Shown here: in pieces, positions 27,584 through 37,618 of the stretch | Layout of the letters: every line of letters starts with the position of its first letter | How positions within the stretch are numbered: position 1 is the first letter of the stretch | Assembly: GCA_963674825.1 (NCBI GenBank) | Contig: OY771587.1 | Coordinates: 1,536,001 to 1,600,000, forward strand | DNA: 64,000 bases | From: Candidatus Cloacimonadales bacterium | Lineage (GTDB): Bacteria; Cloacimonadota; Cloacimonadia; Cloacimonadales; JAIOQZ01 | Reading direction: 5' to 3' | The notes under the pieces: generated by a model | The model's input: the letters and a program-made list of their open reading frames with translations, nothing else | Databases searched by the model: none | Told to the model about the DNA's origin: nothing | Translations under genes and position numbers: made by a program

Positions 27584-30500
27584 TTAGTTTTTAGCTTTTA
27601 CGATGAAGTAACGCGATGTCTCGGTTACGGTAGTTGACCACACGGTAATGTTTGTCTGACCTACCTGCGTGAATGGACCATCCGGCGAGCCGGACGCATA
27701 GATCACATAGCTGGTCGCATAAGTGGTGGTAGACCACGTCAGGTACGCGGTATTCGATGCAATCTGAATGCTGAGATCGTCAACCATTTCCGGCATGAAG
27801 TTCACATGCACATTGATAGTAACTTCGACAATCGGTTCATTTGGATCGTCGCTCTGTACCTCGATCGTGGACACGTAATTTCCGGCTGTCATACCCGCGG
27901 TATTGACCGTTACGATGATAGCCTGCTGACCGCCAACCTCAACACTGCCCGTTTCCGGTGTGAAGCTGAGCCAGTCCGTACGCTGAAGGTTCTGGCGGAG
28001 ATTATTCTCACTGCTCAGAGCTGCTTCAAGCGTGCTCAATGTGGTTACTTCTCCATCCGCGATTGTATAGGTGAGCAGTCCATCACCACTATTGGAGATG
28101 TAGAAGCTCTTGTTCATCGTCGCATCAGGATCCAGCGTGTAGCTGAGCGCTTGCGGCGTAACCGTGATTTCCGGGAAATCGACATGGATACCGGTACCGG
28201 TTACAGCAAGCAGGTTGCTCGGGTAATTTGTATCGTTGGATGTGATGATGATGTTACCGGCGTACGTCTGTTCCGCTTCCGGTTCGAAGGTAAGGTCGAA
28301 GGTTTGCGAAGAGAACGCCGGGATGTTGTAATCCAGTGAGTTGCGCTCGATTGTCGCGCTGCCAGATTCCTTTCTCGCCGAAGTTGTACGAGTCGTTGTG
28401 ATTTCGCTGACAGTGTAACCCGCAATGGTGGTGATTGTACCGAGCATCGGAGCACTACCGTTGTTCTCGATGGTGAATTGCTGCGTTTCGCTAAGCTGAA
28501 CCGCCACATCGCCGAAATCGAGCGAAGACGGTGTCAGGTTAAAATCAGGATAGGTAACGATGTTGAGCGAAACCGGGATGGTAATCGTCGGTTCGTCCGG
28601 ATCGTTTGAGCTGATGATGATATCCGCGGTATGGGTTTCGCTATCGATCATATCGGCAGTGTTGATCTCGAATATAATCTCGCCAGGACCGCCGTATCCG
28701 GGAAGGCTTCCGCTATCGCCGGTTGTAATCTGAATCCAGGTCGGAGATTCATGCAATTCCATCGCAAAGAAAGTATCCGGATCCGTCTGCGCGACGCCAC
28801 AAAGTGCGACTTTTCCCGGGATCAGATCCGTGCTTAGGCTACATCCACCGGCTGTTTGCGCGGTTGTTGAGCCATTGAGAAGCGGAACGACGATCGATTC
28901 GCCGGTCAGCGCTTCGGTTGCGATATCGTATTGGTAGAATGTGAGTGTTTGGTAGCTGTTCGGACCCGACGAATCGGAAAGCCACAGCGTATGGTCGCTC
29001 GGGTCGTAGGTCGAGCCGTAAACGTTAGAGAGAGTTGATGGGAATGTCAACTCGTCGAGGATATTACCGCTTTCGTCAAACACGATGAAGTTTCCGAACG
29101 TATTATTCCAGTTACCTGAAACAAATCCCAAGGAAGGAACATATGAGAGTGAGCGGAAGCATGTCAGGCCCAGATTGCCCGAGAAGAGCATCGTCTGGCT
29201 TCCATCCGAAGGATTGATCCGGTAGAATCCGTTTTCGTCACCTGCGTAAAGGTACGTTCCGTCATCAGCCATATCACGGAAACCCCATTCGCTTGTGGTA
29301 ATCTGTGTATAGGTGTTGAGAAGGTTACCACTGGTGTCGAAGTGGTAGAGATAGTTTGATTCGCCGGAGGAACTGGAGAGTCCTCCCGCGGTTGCCCAGA
29401 TGTATCCGTTCATTACCTCGTTTCCGATAAGCAAGACCGAGCCTGTGGGCGCATTGAGGTCGATCTGCATAAGGAGATCGCCCTGAGCACGAATACCGCT
29501 GTAGTCCAAACGACGCGATGTCGATGCCAGCGCATCCGATTGGCCATCCAGCGTGCTGCTGCTGAAGAATTCAGAGAATCCAGCATCTACCAGCGTTCTT
29601 GTCGTGTTGGAAACGGTAGCCGTCCAGCTCAATGCGCCTTCATCAAGGTTCATAAGCTGAATGGTTCCCTGATCGATCATATCCGGTTCCATGGTATATT
29701 CGAATGAGAGCGGTGATGCGGAGATATCCGGCACAAGCTCATCCACCGTAAGGGTCACAGGGATCGCTTCGCTCGCATGGTCGGGATCGTTGGATGTCAG
29801 GATGATATTGGCTGTATAAGAGCCAACGGCAAGGCCATTACTATCGAATCCGACGCTAATCACGTCATCCGCGCCTCCGACAGAAATCGTGCCATCGACG
29901 CTTACACCGTTATTGAGCGTAAGCCAGGTTGGTTCAATCGAACCACCCTCACCGTATATCATGACGTTATCAATCGCCCAGTACCACTCGTAGTTCGCAG
30001 CATAGTAGTGGTAGCGGACTTGCAGCGCATCATTGACATAGGATGTAAGATCGTATACTGCATGGGAAGGTGAATTCCATGCTCCTACATCAGAGCCGGT
30101 CATGCTCAGCAGGTTAACCCACTGTGTTCCGTCCCAAACATCGACATCGGCGATCTCGGCCTGATAGGAATTGAAATAGTGATCGAATTCCAGCGTAAGG
30201 CTGGTATAGCCTTCAACATCCAGAACCGGCGTTGCCAGGATTTCATCCATATCGACGCTACCTGCGCCATCGCTATCGATAAACGCGAACGGCGTTCCAT
30301 CGAGCGAATAGCTTGAGTTGTAATAATCAACAACAACCCACGTATCGGTCGTTGCACCACCATCAGTAACCGTCCAATCAGTCGGCATACCGCTGTCGAA
30401 GGTTTCGTTGACGAGGTCTGTACGATTGCGTGTGGGGTACTGAATTGCTGCAGTATAGGTCAATTCGAGCGAGCCATCGTTTCCAATTGTCAGGTTCTGC

Positions 30501-33500
30501 GATGTCTGAAGATCGGTCTCCTGGGTTGCGCTGAAGGAAGCGGGATCCCAGGTAATCGCAGCTGTCGGCGGAACGATACCGGTACCGGTAATTGCGATTG
30601 TTTCGTCGTCACCGGCGTTGTTGGCAATAACCACATTTCCGTTGTATGCCTGTTCGTCAACCGGCTCGAATGTCAGGTTGTATGTGAGAATAGAGCCAGC
30701 AGCAACACTGAACGTAACCGTGTTACGCGACTTGGAACCCAAACGTACTGCTGCATTGGTTCGAGTTGCCTGCGTTACGGTGTAACCATCCGGTGTCGTG
30801 ATGCTACCGTTCAATGTGGCGAGTCCGGTATTCTCGATGGTAAACTGCTGCGTGTCGCTTTGGCCGATAATCACTTCACCAAATGCGATGCTGGCCGGGT
30901 TAACGGCAATTTCCGGTTCCATTTCCGCCATGACGTGCATGGTTACCGGAACGATAACCGTACCCTCATCGGAATCGTTGCTGGTGATGGTGATGTTCTT
31001 GTAGTAGTCACCCTCGGGCATTCCTGTGGCGTCGATCGCTGCGGTAATCGAAACCGCCGGATCACCGGACGGGATCGTTCCGCTGACGCTGGAACTGCCA
31101 TTGAGCGTAAGCCATTCGATGTTCTCGTCGATGCTGAGCATCACGTTATCGATTGCCCAGTAGAAGCCCTGGTTGTTGAAGTCGTTGTACATGAAGCGAA
31201 TCTGCATATTCGCGTTAGCATATTCACTGATATCAAAGATCGGGTGTTCGAAATTGTTGAAGTCCACACCCTGCGTACTGTTCCAGGTCACGATATCCTG
31301 CCAGTCGGAACCATCGTACACAGAAATCTGTGCAAATTCGTTGGTTCTCATGAGGAACAGGTGATCCAGTTCCAGCGAAATCTGGCTAGCGCCTTCGGTG
31401 TTATAGACCGGTGATTCAAGCACTTCAAACAAGGTATATCCTGCAGGAAGAGCGCTACTGTTGACGAGCATGAAATTGGTGCCGTCGAACGAGTTGCCAT
31501 TGTAACCGCTGACATTTGTCCAGGTAATCCCGGCTACGCCGTAGTCATAGATGGTCCAGGTCGTGGGTAAACCCGAATCGAAATCGGTAAGGTTGGTGCT
31601 GCGGCTGCTGACTTCAGTCACTTCCGCGCTCCAGGTAAGATCGAGTCCACCTTCGTTGGCGATGGTAACAATTTTCTCATCTGTATTGCCATTGAGGAGA
31701 CTGACTTCGATCGAAGCCGGTGTAACGGCTATTTCCTGCTCCAACGGTGTATCGGTTACTTCCAGGCTAACCGGGATTTCGACCGATGCCTCGTCCGGGT
31801 CGTTGCTGGAGATATAAATCGTAGCAGTATATGTGCCCAGGCTCAACTCTGACGCGTCGAATCCAACGGTGACATCGACATCAGCTCCACCGGAAATGAT
31901 GCTGCCGGAAGCGCTGTCGCCATCATCAAGCGTAAGCCACTGAGGGCCGCTCTGATCTCCGGTGATCACAACATTGTCGACAGCCCAGTAGTAGTCGTAA
32001 ACGGCATCGTAATAGTGGAACCGAACACGAAGCTCGTCGTTGGCATACGCGGTGATATCGATACTCTGGTGGTCGGGGGATGTCCAGCTACCAACATCGG
32101 CAGAACCAGAAGCCCAAATATTGTTCCAGGTTGAACCATCCCAGATATCCACATCAGCCTGTTCATCGCCGTAACCGGTAATATAATGGAAATAATGATC
32201 GAAATCGAGGATCAGATTCGTGTAGCCGGTACAATCGATAGCCGGAGAAATGAGTTCTTCGTCCATTGTCACGCCTTCACCTGCACCATCGCTATCTACA
32301 AACGCGAATGGCGTTCCGTCCAGGGTGCTGGATGTTCCGTAGGCTGTTGTATAAACCCAGGTATCGGTTGTGCTTCCGCCATCGACAACTGTCCAGGTAG
32401 TTGGAATACTGGAATCGAAGGTTTCATTGAGCAGATCATTGCGATTACGTCCACCCGTCGCGAATGAAACGTTGTAGTTAAGCGTCACCCCACCATCGTT
32501 ACCAATGGTGAGTGCGTGATCTTCTGCTTCACCGATGAGAATCGACTGTGTGAATGAGGACGGTGTATAGGTAATATCGGCCGGATTGACACCAGAACCA
32601 GTTAATGCAAGATAACATGTCGGATTATCCGGATCGTTGCTGGTAATGGTGATATTATCGTTATAGCTCGTCGCCGATGTAGGTGCGAAAGTAAGGTTGT
32701 AGTTAACCGAGCCACCTCCGGGAATGGCAAATCCAGCAACATTGCGCTCGTCGGGATTGCGTACTGCTGTTGCTACCGTGTATCCTATTGGTGTGCTCAT
32801 TGAACCGCTGAGGTATTCGCCACCGGTGTTGGTTATCTGGAAAGACAGAACAGAGGTTTCACCAACTTCAACATTGCCAAACGCAAGCGATGTAGGCGAG
32901 TAGCTGATCTGAGCAGGAACTGTTTCGGTCGGTGGGAAATTGATGAAGTCCACCCACGCACAATCAGAGCCATTGTCTTCAGAGGCGTCTTTGTTGTACG
33001 CCCACTTGAAGGTGTGGTTTCCGGATGAATTCACGTAATAACTTTCGTACGACCAATCGACTTCGCCGCACCACTGACCCTGCTGAACATCGTCGATGTA
33101 AAAACGAAGGTAATCGTAACTCGCTTCCGATGAGACTTTCTTGTAGAACGAAACGCTTCCGCTCTCGGAACAGAAAACAGTCAAAGACATGGTTGATATC
33201 TGACTGTGGGTAATCGGTCCGGACTTCGCACTGTAGGATCCAGCGTATGAATTATCACTGTCAATAGTCCATTGCGCATTTCCAGTTAATGACCAGTCCC
33301 AGGATGAGAAATCACCTGTCTCAAAATCTTCATCCGCCGGAGAGCCGGTTGTGAAGCTCCAGATGGTTCCTCCGGCATCGCCATTGCTGTTATGTGAATC
33401 GACTTTCCAGTAGTAGGTCGTATCATAGCTCAATCCGGGATTCGAAATGTATGGAGATGTCGTAGCCTGACCATCCACTATATTCCACGGAGAGCCATTG

Positions 33501-35110
33501 TTGGTTCCAATATATACCGTGTACGACGACGCGCCACCACCATTCGACCAGCTCAATACATTCGGGATACCGATTGTGGTAGAGCTGTTTGATGGATTTG
33601 GGTTCGTTGCTGCATTGGGTGGATCGGTTCCAAACGGAACTGCATTGATCGCTGCAAGAGCATTTACGCGACCAGCGCCGAAATCGTTATTCTTGGATGA
33701 TGCGAGAATGACTGCATTCTCTTCGAGGATTTGATCGATCTCAGCCGCCGTGAGGTTCGGGTTCTTGGAAAGCATGAGGGCGATCACACCCGCGTTACAT
33801 GGGGTCGCCATCGAGGTACCGTTCCAGCCGTCTGCGTAGCCCGAAGTATTCGCGTAGTCGAGTGATTTGATATTGTAACCGGGAGCGGAAATATCCGGGC
33901 GAATCAGGCCCAGACTGCTACCGCTGTTGTATGCGTAGTCACCATAAGCAGATTCATCTTCCCAAGTACAGGGCCCATGACTGGAGAAGTAAGCCAAATC
34001 GTCACTGCTATCGGTCGCACCGACGCAGATTACGGAAGAGAGTCCACCGGTCAGAGTCTGATCGGGGTTTAGCCATGGCGGAGGGCAATCTCCCGGTGTA
34101 CGAACGTTGTCCGGGATTGGATAGCTGCTCTGCTCGTCACCTTCGTTACCTGCCGCGACGGATGCAACCATTCCGGCTGCAAGAACGTTGTTGAAACTAT
34201 CGCGCCAGCTTTCACGATCGACACCCCAGGAGTGCTGCCAGCCAAGCGACATGCTGATGAGATCAGCGCTATGATCGACAGCGAACTGGATCGCGTTCCA
34301 TACTCCAGATTCGGTTCCGCTACCGCTGCTGTCGAGCACCTTGAGCGCCATGATCGTCGCTTCGGGAGCCACACCGGTCTGTGATCCGGCGGTTCCGTCA
34401 CCTGCGACGGTTCCGGCGCAGTGGGTTCCGTGTCCATCATCATCCATGGGATTGTTATCTACATTGATGAAATCGTATCCGTGATAGGGGTAGGAAGCGT
34501 TTGTCCACATGTGATCCTGAAGATCCTGATGGTTGTAATTTACGCCTGTATCGATAACAGCTACCGTTACGCCGCTTCCGTTGTAGCCCAGCGCCCATAC
34601 ATCGGTTGCCCCGACGTGAGAGACATTCCAGGTGATCTCGCGGGTAGCTGGTTGACCCGGAACGCGAACGCTGTTCTCGCGTTCACGATCGTCGATCATC
34701 TTGCGCATTTCATCCAGGTCTATCGATTTGACATCTGGTCGTAAAGCGATCTGGTGGATCAGTTCGGATGTCGCACGGCAGTTGATCACATTGGTGATCC
34801 AGAGGGCGTTGATATCGCTGACTCTGCTGGTTGTGGATTTCAGCTGGCTCATCAGACCCGACTGGTGATAGCTCGCGAATGCCTTGAGCTCAGAAACCAC
34901 ATAATCTCGTTTCTGGGCCTTTGTCATTCCGCGGGTCGCCTGATACAGCTCCTGCACGTCGTATTGGTCCGTCATTCGGATGTTGATTTGAAGCAGATCG
35001 GTTTTGTCGGCAGATTTCATCGCTTCCAAAAGCTGATCGGTAATCGTTGCCGCCGAGAGCGACATCGAGATGAGGATCATGATTAAAACAAACAAGCGCT
35101 TGCAATTCAT
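27584..35110 (-). CDS. Giant secreted S8 (subtilisin) protease, 2508 aa, with Ig/ASH/BACON-like and MAM-like domains and C-terminal FN3-like module
   Basis: Signal peptide; catalytic triad VIDTG, HGTHCAG, GTSMATP; repeated SNDPD-ended Ig-like units. Confidence 0.92.
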   Translation of the reverse strand: MNCKRLFVLIMILISMSLSAATITDQLLEAMKSADKTDLLQINIRMTDQYDVQELYQATRGMTKAQKRDYVVSELKAFASYHQSGLMSQLKSTTSRVSDINALWITNVINCRATSELIHQIALRPDVKSIDLDEMRKMIDDRERENSVRVPGQPATREITWNVSHVGATDVWALGYNGSGVTVAVIDTGVNYNHQDLQDHMWTNASYPYHGYDFINVDNNPMDDDGHGTHCAGTVAGDGTAGSQTGVAPEATIMALKVLDSSGSGTESGVWNAIQFAVDHSADLISMSLGWQHSWGVDRESWRDSFNNVLAAGMVASVAAGNEGDEQSSYPIPDNVRTPGDCPPPWLNPDQTLTGGLSSVICVGATDSSDDLAYFSSHGPCTWEDESAYGDYAYNSGSSLGLIRPDISAPGYNIKSLDYANTSGYADGWNGTSMATPCNAGVIALMLSKNPNLTAAEIDQILEENAVILASSKNNDFGAGRVNALAAINAVPFGTDPPNAATNPNPSNSSTTIGIPNVLSWSNGGGASSYTVYIGTNNGSPWNIVDGQATTSPYISNPGLSYDTTYYWKVDSHNSNGDAGGTIWSFTTGSPADEDFETGDFSSWDWSLTGNAQWTIDSDNSYAGSYSAKSGPITHSQISTMSLTVFCSESGSVSFYKKVSSEASYDYLRFYIDDVQQGQWCGEVDWSYESYYVNSSGNHTFKWAYNKDASEDNGSDCAWVDFINFPPTETVPAQISYSPTSLAFGNVEVGETSVLSFQITNTGGEYLSGSMSTPIGYTVATAVRNPDERNVAGFAIPGGGSVNYNLTFAPTSATSYNDNITITSNDPDNPTCYLALTGSGVNPADITYTPSSFTQSILIGEAEDHALTIGNDGGVTLNYNVSFATGGRNRNDLLNETFDSSIPTTWTVVDGGSTTDTWVYTTAYGTSSTLDGTPFAFVDSDGAGEGVTMDEELISPAIDCTGYTNLILDFDHYFHYITGYGDEQADVDIWDGSTWNNIWASGSADVGSWTSPDHQSIDITAYANDELRVRFHYYDAVYDYYWAVDNVVITGDQSGPQWLTLDDGDSASGSIISGGADVDVTVGFDASELSLGTYTATIYISSNDPDEASVEIPVSLEVTDTPLEQEIAVTPASIEVSLLNGNTDEKIVTIANEGGLDLTWSAEVTEVSSRSTNLTDFDSGLPTTWTIYDYGVAGITWTNVSGYNGNSFDGTNFMLVNSSALPAGYTLFEVLESPVYNTEGASQISLELDHLFLMRTNEFAQISVYDGSDWQDIVTWNSTQGVDFNNFEHPIFDISEYANANMQIRFMYNDFNNQGFYWAIDNVMLSIDENIEWLTLNGSSSVSGTIPSGDPAVSITAAIDATGMPEGDYYKNITITSNDSDEGTVIVPVTMHVMAEMEPEIAVNPASIAFGEVIIGQSDTQQFTIENTGLATLNGSITTPDGYTVTQATRTNAAVRLGSKSRNTVTFSVAAGSILTYNLTFEPVDEQAYNGNVVIANNAGDDETIAITGTGIVPPTAAITWDPASFSATQETDLQTSQNLTIGNDGSLELTYTAAIQYPTRNRTDLVNETFDSGMPTDWTVTDGGATTDTWVVVDYYNSSYSLDGTPFAFIDSDGAGSVDMDEILATPVLDVEGYTSLTLEFDHYFNSYQAEIADVDVWDGTQWVNLLSMTGSDVGAWNSPSHAVYDLTSYVNDALQVRYHYYAANYEWYWAIDNVMIYGEGGSIEPTWLTLNNGVSVDGTISVGGADDVISVGFDSNGLAVGSYTANIILTSNDPDHASEAIPVTLTVDELVPDISASPLSFEYTMEPDMIDQGTIQLMNLDEGALSWTATVSNTTRTLVDAGFSEFFSSSTLDGQSDALASTSRRLDYSGIRAQGDLLMQIDLNAPTGSVLLIGNEVMNGYIWATAGGLSSSSGESNYLYHFDTSGNLLNTYTQITTSEWGFRDMADDGTYLYAGDENGFYRINPSDGSQTMLFSGNLGLTCFRSLSYVPSLGFVSGNWNNTFGNFIVFDESGNILDELTFPSTLSNVYGSTYDPSDHTLWLSDSSGPNSYQTLTFYQYDIATEALTGESIVVPLLNGSTTAQTAGGCSLSTDLIPGKVALCGVAQTDPDTFFAMELHESPTWIQITTGDSGSLPGYGGPGEIIFEINTADMIDSETHTADIIISSNDPDEPTITIPVSLNIVTYPDFNLTPSSLDFGDVAVQLSETQQFTIENNGSAPMLGTITTIAGYTVSEITTTRTTSARKESGSATIERNSLDYNIPAFSSQTFDLTFEPEAEQTYAGNIIITSNDTNYPSNLLAVTGTGIHVDFPEITVTPQALSYTLDPDATMNKSFYISNSGDGLLTYTIADGEVTTLSTLEAALSSENNLRQNLQRTDWLSFTPETGSVEVGGQQAIIVTVNTAGMTAGNYVSTIEVQSDDPNEPIVEVTINVHVNFMPEMVDDLSIQIASNTAYLTWSTTTYATSYVIYASGSPDGPFTQVGQTNITVWSTTVTETSRYFIVKAKN

Positions 35111-35140
35111 TCCCTGCTCCTTTGTAGTGTATTGATTTTC

Positions 35141-35401
35141 TTATGATTGTTTACTTGTATTGAAGAATCTCGAGAGTTGCTTGCGAACCTCTTCCGGGAG
35201 TGTATGCCAGCGAACCCTGCGGACAGCGCCTTCGAGGGCGTAGAGGCGCGTGAGACACGAGTCAGGTTCATTTGCCTGTAAACGCTGAAAAGCCTGGCGA
35301 CTTCCGAGGCGGTCAAGGTCTTCGATCGATTCGATTCCGGCTTCATTCAGGGCTTGCTCAAGCTTTCGGCCGATATTGGGTAAACGCTGAAGATCTCCCA
35401 T
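35141..35401 (-). CDS. TfoX/Sxy C-terminal domain protein
   Basis: LPNIG..LE..L..AGI...LYALEGAV...W..LP signature. Confidence 0.85.
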   Translation of the reverse strand: MGDLQRLPNIGRKLEQALNEAGIESIEDLDRLGSRQAFQRLQANEPDSCLTRLYALEGAVRRVRWHTLPEEVRKQLSRFFNTSKQS

Positions 35402-35432
35402 AACTCTCCCCATTAACACAATTTAGTTCTCT

Positions 35433-35461
35433 ATTATGGTTTATACGTGCGCTTTTGTCAA
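35433..35461 (-). promoter_or_regulatory. Sigma70 promoter for tfoX_C (and possibly the S8 gene)
   Basis: Minus strand TTGACA-N17-CATAAT. Confidence 0.65.
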
Positions 35462-35561
35462 TAAAAAGATTTTGATTCCCAATAGACCCACCTATGGCCA
35501 ATAATACAAATCGTTAATAGAATAATCTGAACACAATCCCACATTTAACGAATTAAAATAT

Positions 35562-35590
35562 TTGACAGCAAATGCTTTCCTGTGTATAAA
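35562..35590 (+). promoter_or_regulatory. Sigma70 promoter for patatin
   Basis: TTGACA-N17-TATAAA with TG just upstream of the -10. Confidence 0.6.
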
Positions 35591-35666
35591 CAGCTATACA
35601 AGGTCGCTATACGACACAAACAATAACAAACGGAACATTACGAGTGTACAGCACATTGGAGGAACC

Positions 35667-36698
35667 ATGGCCGTTCAATTTAGGTCTGTCGTTTTCGAAG
35701 GCGGTGGCGTCAAGGGGATCGCTTACGTGGGTGCTTTCCAGGTTTTTTCGCAACGCGGATACCTGGATCATATTGATCGTGTCGGAGGGACGAGTGCCGG
35801 CGCGATAAACGCACTGCTATACAGCCTGGGGTACACGATCCCGGAACAATTCGAAATCCTCGCTTCTACCGACTTCAAGAATTTCATGGATGACTCCTTT
35901 GGGTTTATACGGGATTTCAAACGCCTCTGGAGTGAATTCGGATGGAACAAAGGAGACTTCTTCACCGAGTGGATTGGCAAGCTGATCCAGAAGAAACTCG
36001 GGTCACCTAAGGCAACGTTTCAAGACCTGAAAAACGCAGGGTATCCCGATCTCTATGTAATCGGAACCAATCTTTCTACCGGCTATTCAGAAGTATTCTC
36101 GGTAGAGCGTCTCCCCGATATGCCCATCGCAAAAGCAATCAGGATCAGCATGTCTATACCCTTATTCTTCCGAGCCGTACGATATGGAGAAAGAAATGAC
36201 GTGTACGTCGATGGCGGTGTCCAGCGCAACTATCCGGTCAAGCTGTTCGACAGACTTAAATACATCGATTCGGCGGAAAAAGATGAAGCTGCGCGCTACG
36301 TTGACTACTACAACAAAGAAAACGCATCCTTTTTACTGAACAAGCCCGACCAAAGTCCATACATATACAACAAGCAAACCCTGGGGATGAGGCTCGATAC
36401 CAAGGAGGACATCGCACTCTTCCGATACAACGAACCGTTGAAGGGAAAGGAAATCAAAACGTTTCCCCAATATGCTCAAAGGCTGATATCCGCCCTAATG
36501 AAAACCCAGGAAAATCAACACCTGCATAGCGACGACTGGCATCGGACCGTATATATCAATACCCTCGATGTGGGAACGACCGACTTCGATCTCTCCGATG
36601 AAACTAAGCAACAACTGGTCAAGCAGGGTATCGAGGGAGCAGAGACCTACCTCAAGTGGTTCGAAGACCCAAGCGAAAATCCACTCAACCGCATATAG
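35667..36698 (+). CDS. Patatin-like phospholipase
   Basis: GGGVKG, GTSAG, SMSIP and DGG motifs; GGAGG RBS. Confidence 0.92.
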   Translation: MAVQFRSVVFEGGGVKGIAYVGAFQVFSQRGYLDHIDRVGGTSAGAINALLYSLGYTIPEQFEILASTDFKNFMDDSFGFIRDFKRLWSEFGWNKGDFFTEWIGKLIQKKLGSPKATFQDLKNAGYPDLYVIGTNLSTGYSEVFSVERLPDMPIAKAIRISMSIPLFFRAVRYGERNDVYVDGGVQRNYPVKLFDRLKYIDSAEKDEAARYVDYYNKENASFLLNKPDQSPYIYNKQTLGMRLDTKEDIALFRYNEPLKGKEIKTFPQYAQRLISALMKTQENQHLHSDDWHRTVYINTLDVGTTDFDLSDETKQQLVKQGIEGAETYLKWFEDPSENPLNRI

Positions 36699-36712
36699 TG
36701 AGGACGGGTACC

Positions 36713-37546
36713 ATGAAGCAACTGCTAATAATCATTGTCGCTCTTGTTCTTTTACTTTGCGCATGCGCCAAGAGCGAGCGTCCTGCCAATGAAGGCCCAA
36801 CACGAAGCCCTGCGGGTAAGCCTGAAGAAGGTGTGATTGATCCAGAAGGAGAAACATCTGTCCAAGCCTCTCAAGCAACAATGGGAGAATCCGCAGGAGC
36901 ATCCGCTAGACCATCCAGTACGCCGCCCGTCTGTGGTGCTATGCCTATCGAGTCTGACGAGTACACCGTCTACATGGCAGCAGACACGCTCCTGACAATC
37001 CCCGGATCACCCGGAAGACTACTTTTCTCCATCGGCTACCCGGAGCACCATCCGTCCTTTCTCGACATGGAAGGCCTTGGTCACGATAGCGCAACATTTG
37101 CAGCAAGAGGTATCTATGCCCGAATCGTTATCACGGCCCCTGCTTTCGAACTTTTTTTCGGCACGAAGAAGCTCGAGGACAACACCATAATCGTCCCGGT
37201 TGATTCAACCGGTTCGGAAGTGCTTCTAACGATCGTCCCCACCCAAAAGGGAGACTCCGAAATTCACGCCACGATATACATGCACAACCTGCCGGATTGC
37301 AGCGATCCCGGCGTTCCGAAAGTACCTCCCGTACTGAGAATCAAGGTTGAGGTCGATCACATGCAACGGCTGTGTGATCACGTTCAGGAGATGTTGGATA
37401 TCGCCTGGGAAAAGTTCCTCAAATTCTGGGGAGCGTTTGTCGCGTTCATCCTTGGACTCGCGTTCTACATCATTCGAAAGAAAGTAAAAGCAAAGACCGG
37501 TTATTCAGATGAAAATAGTCAGGGAGGTGACGAGAACCAGCAATAA
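36713..37546 (+). CDS. Lipoprotein with C-terminal TM helix, hypothetical
   Basis: Lipobox-like LLCAC; P/S/E-rich linker; beta-rich domain; TM FWGAFVAFILGLAFYII followed by RKK. Confidence 0.7.
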   Translation: MKQLLIIIVALVLLLCACAKSERPANEGPTRSPAGKPEEGVIDPEGETSVQASQATMGESAGASARPSSTPPVCGAMPIESDEYTVYMAADTLLTIPGSPGRLLFSIGYPEHHPSFLDMEGLGHDSATFAARGIYARIVITAPAFELFFGTKKLEDNTIIVPVDSTGSEVLLTIVPTQKGDSEIHATIYMHNLPDCSDPGVPKVPPVLRIKVEVDHMQRLCDHVQEMLDIAWEKFLKFWGAFVAFILGLAFYIIRKKVKAKTGYSDENSQGGDENQQ

Positions 37547-37618
37547 GCATGACCAGGAAACAAGACAAATTAATGTTAACAGGAATATATCATCCGTCAG
37601 GAGGACTTACCATTAAGC

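Noticed and set aside
35667..36698. Patatin as a CBASS CapV effector
   Set aside because: No CD-NTase or other defence genes are adjacent.
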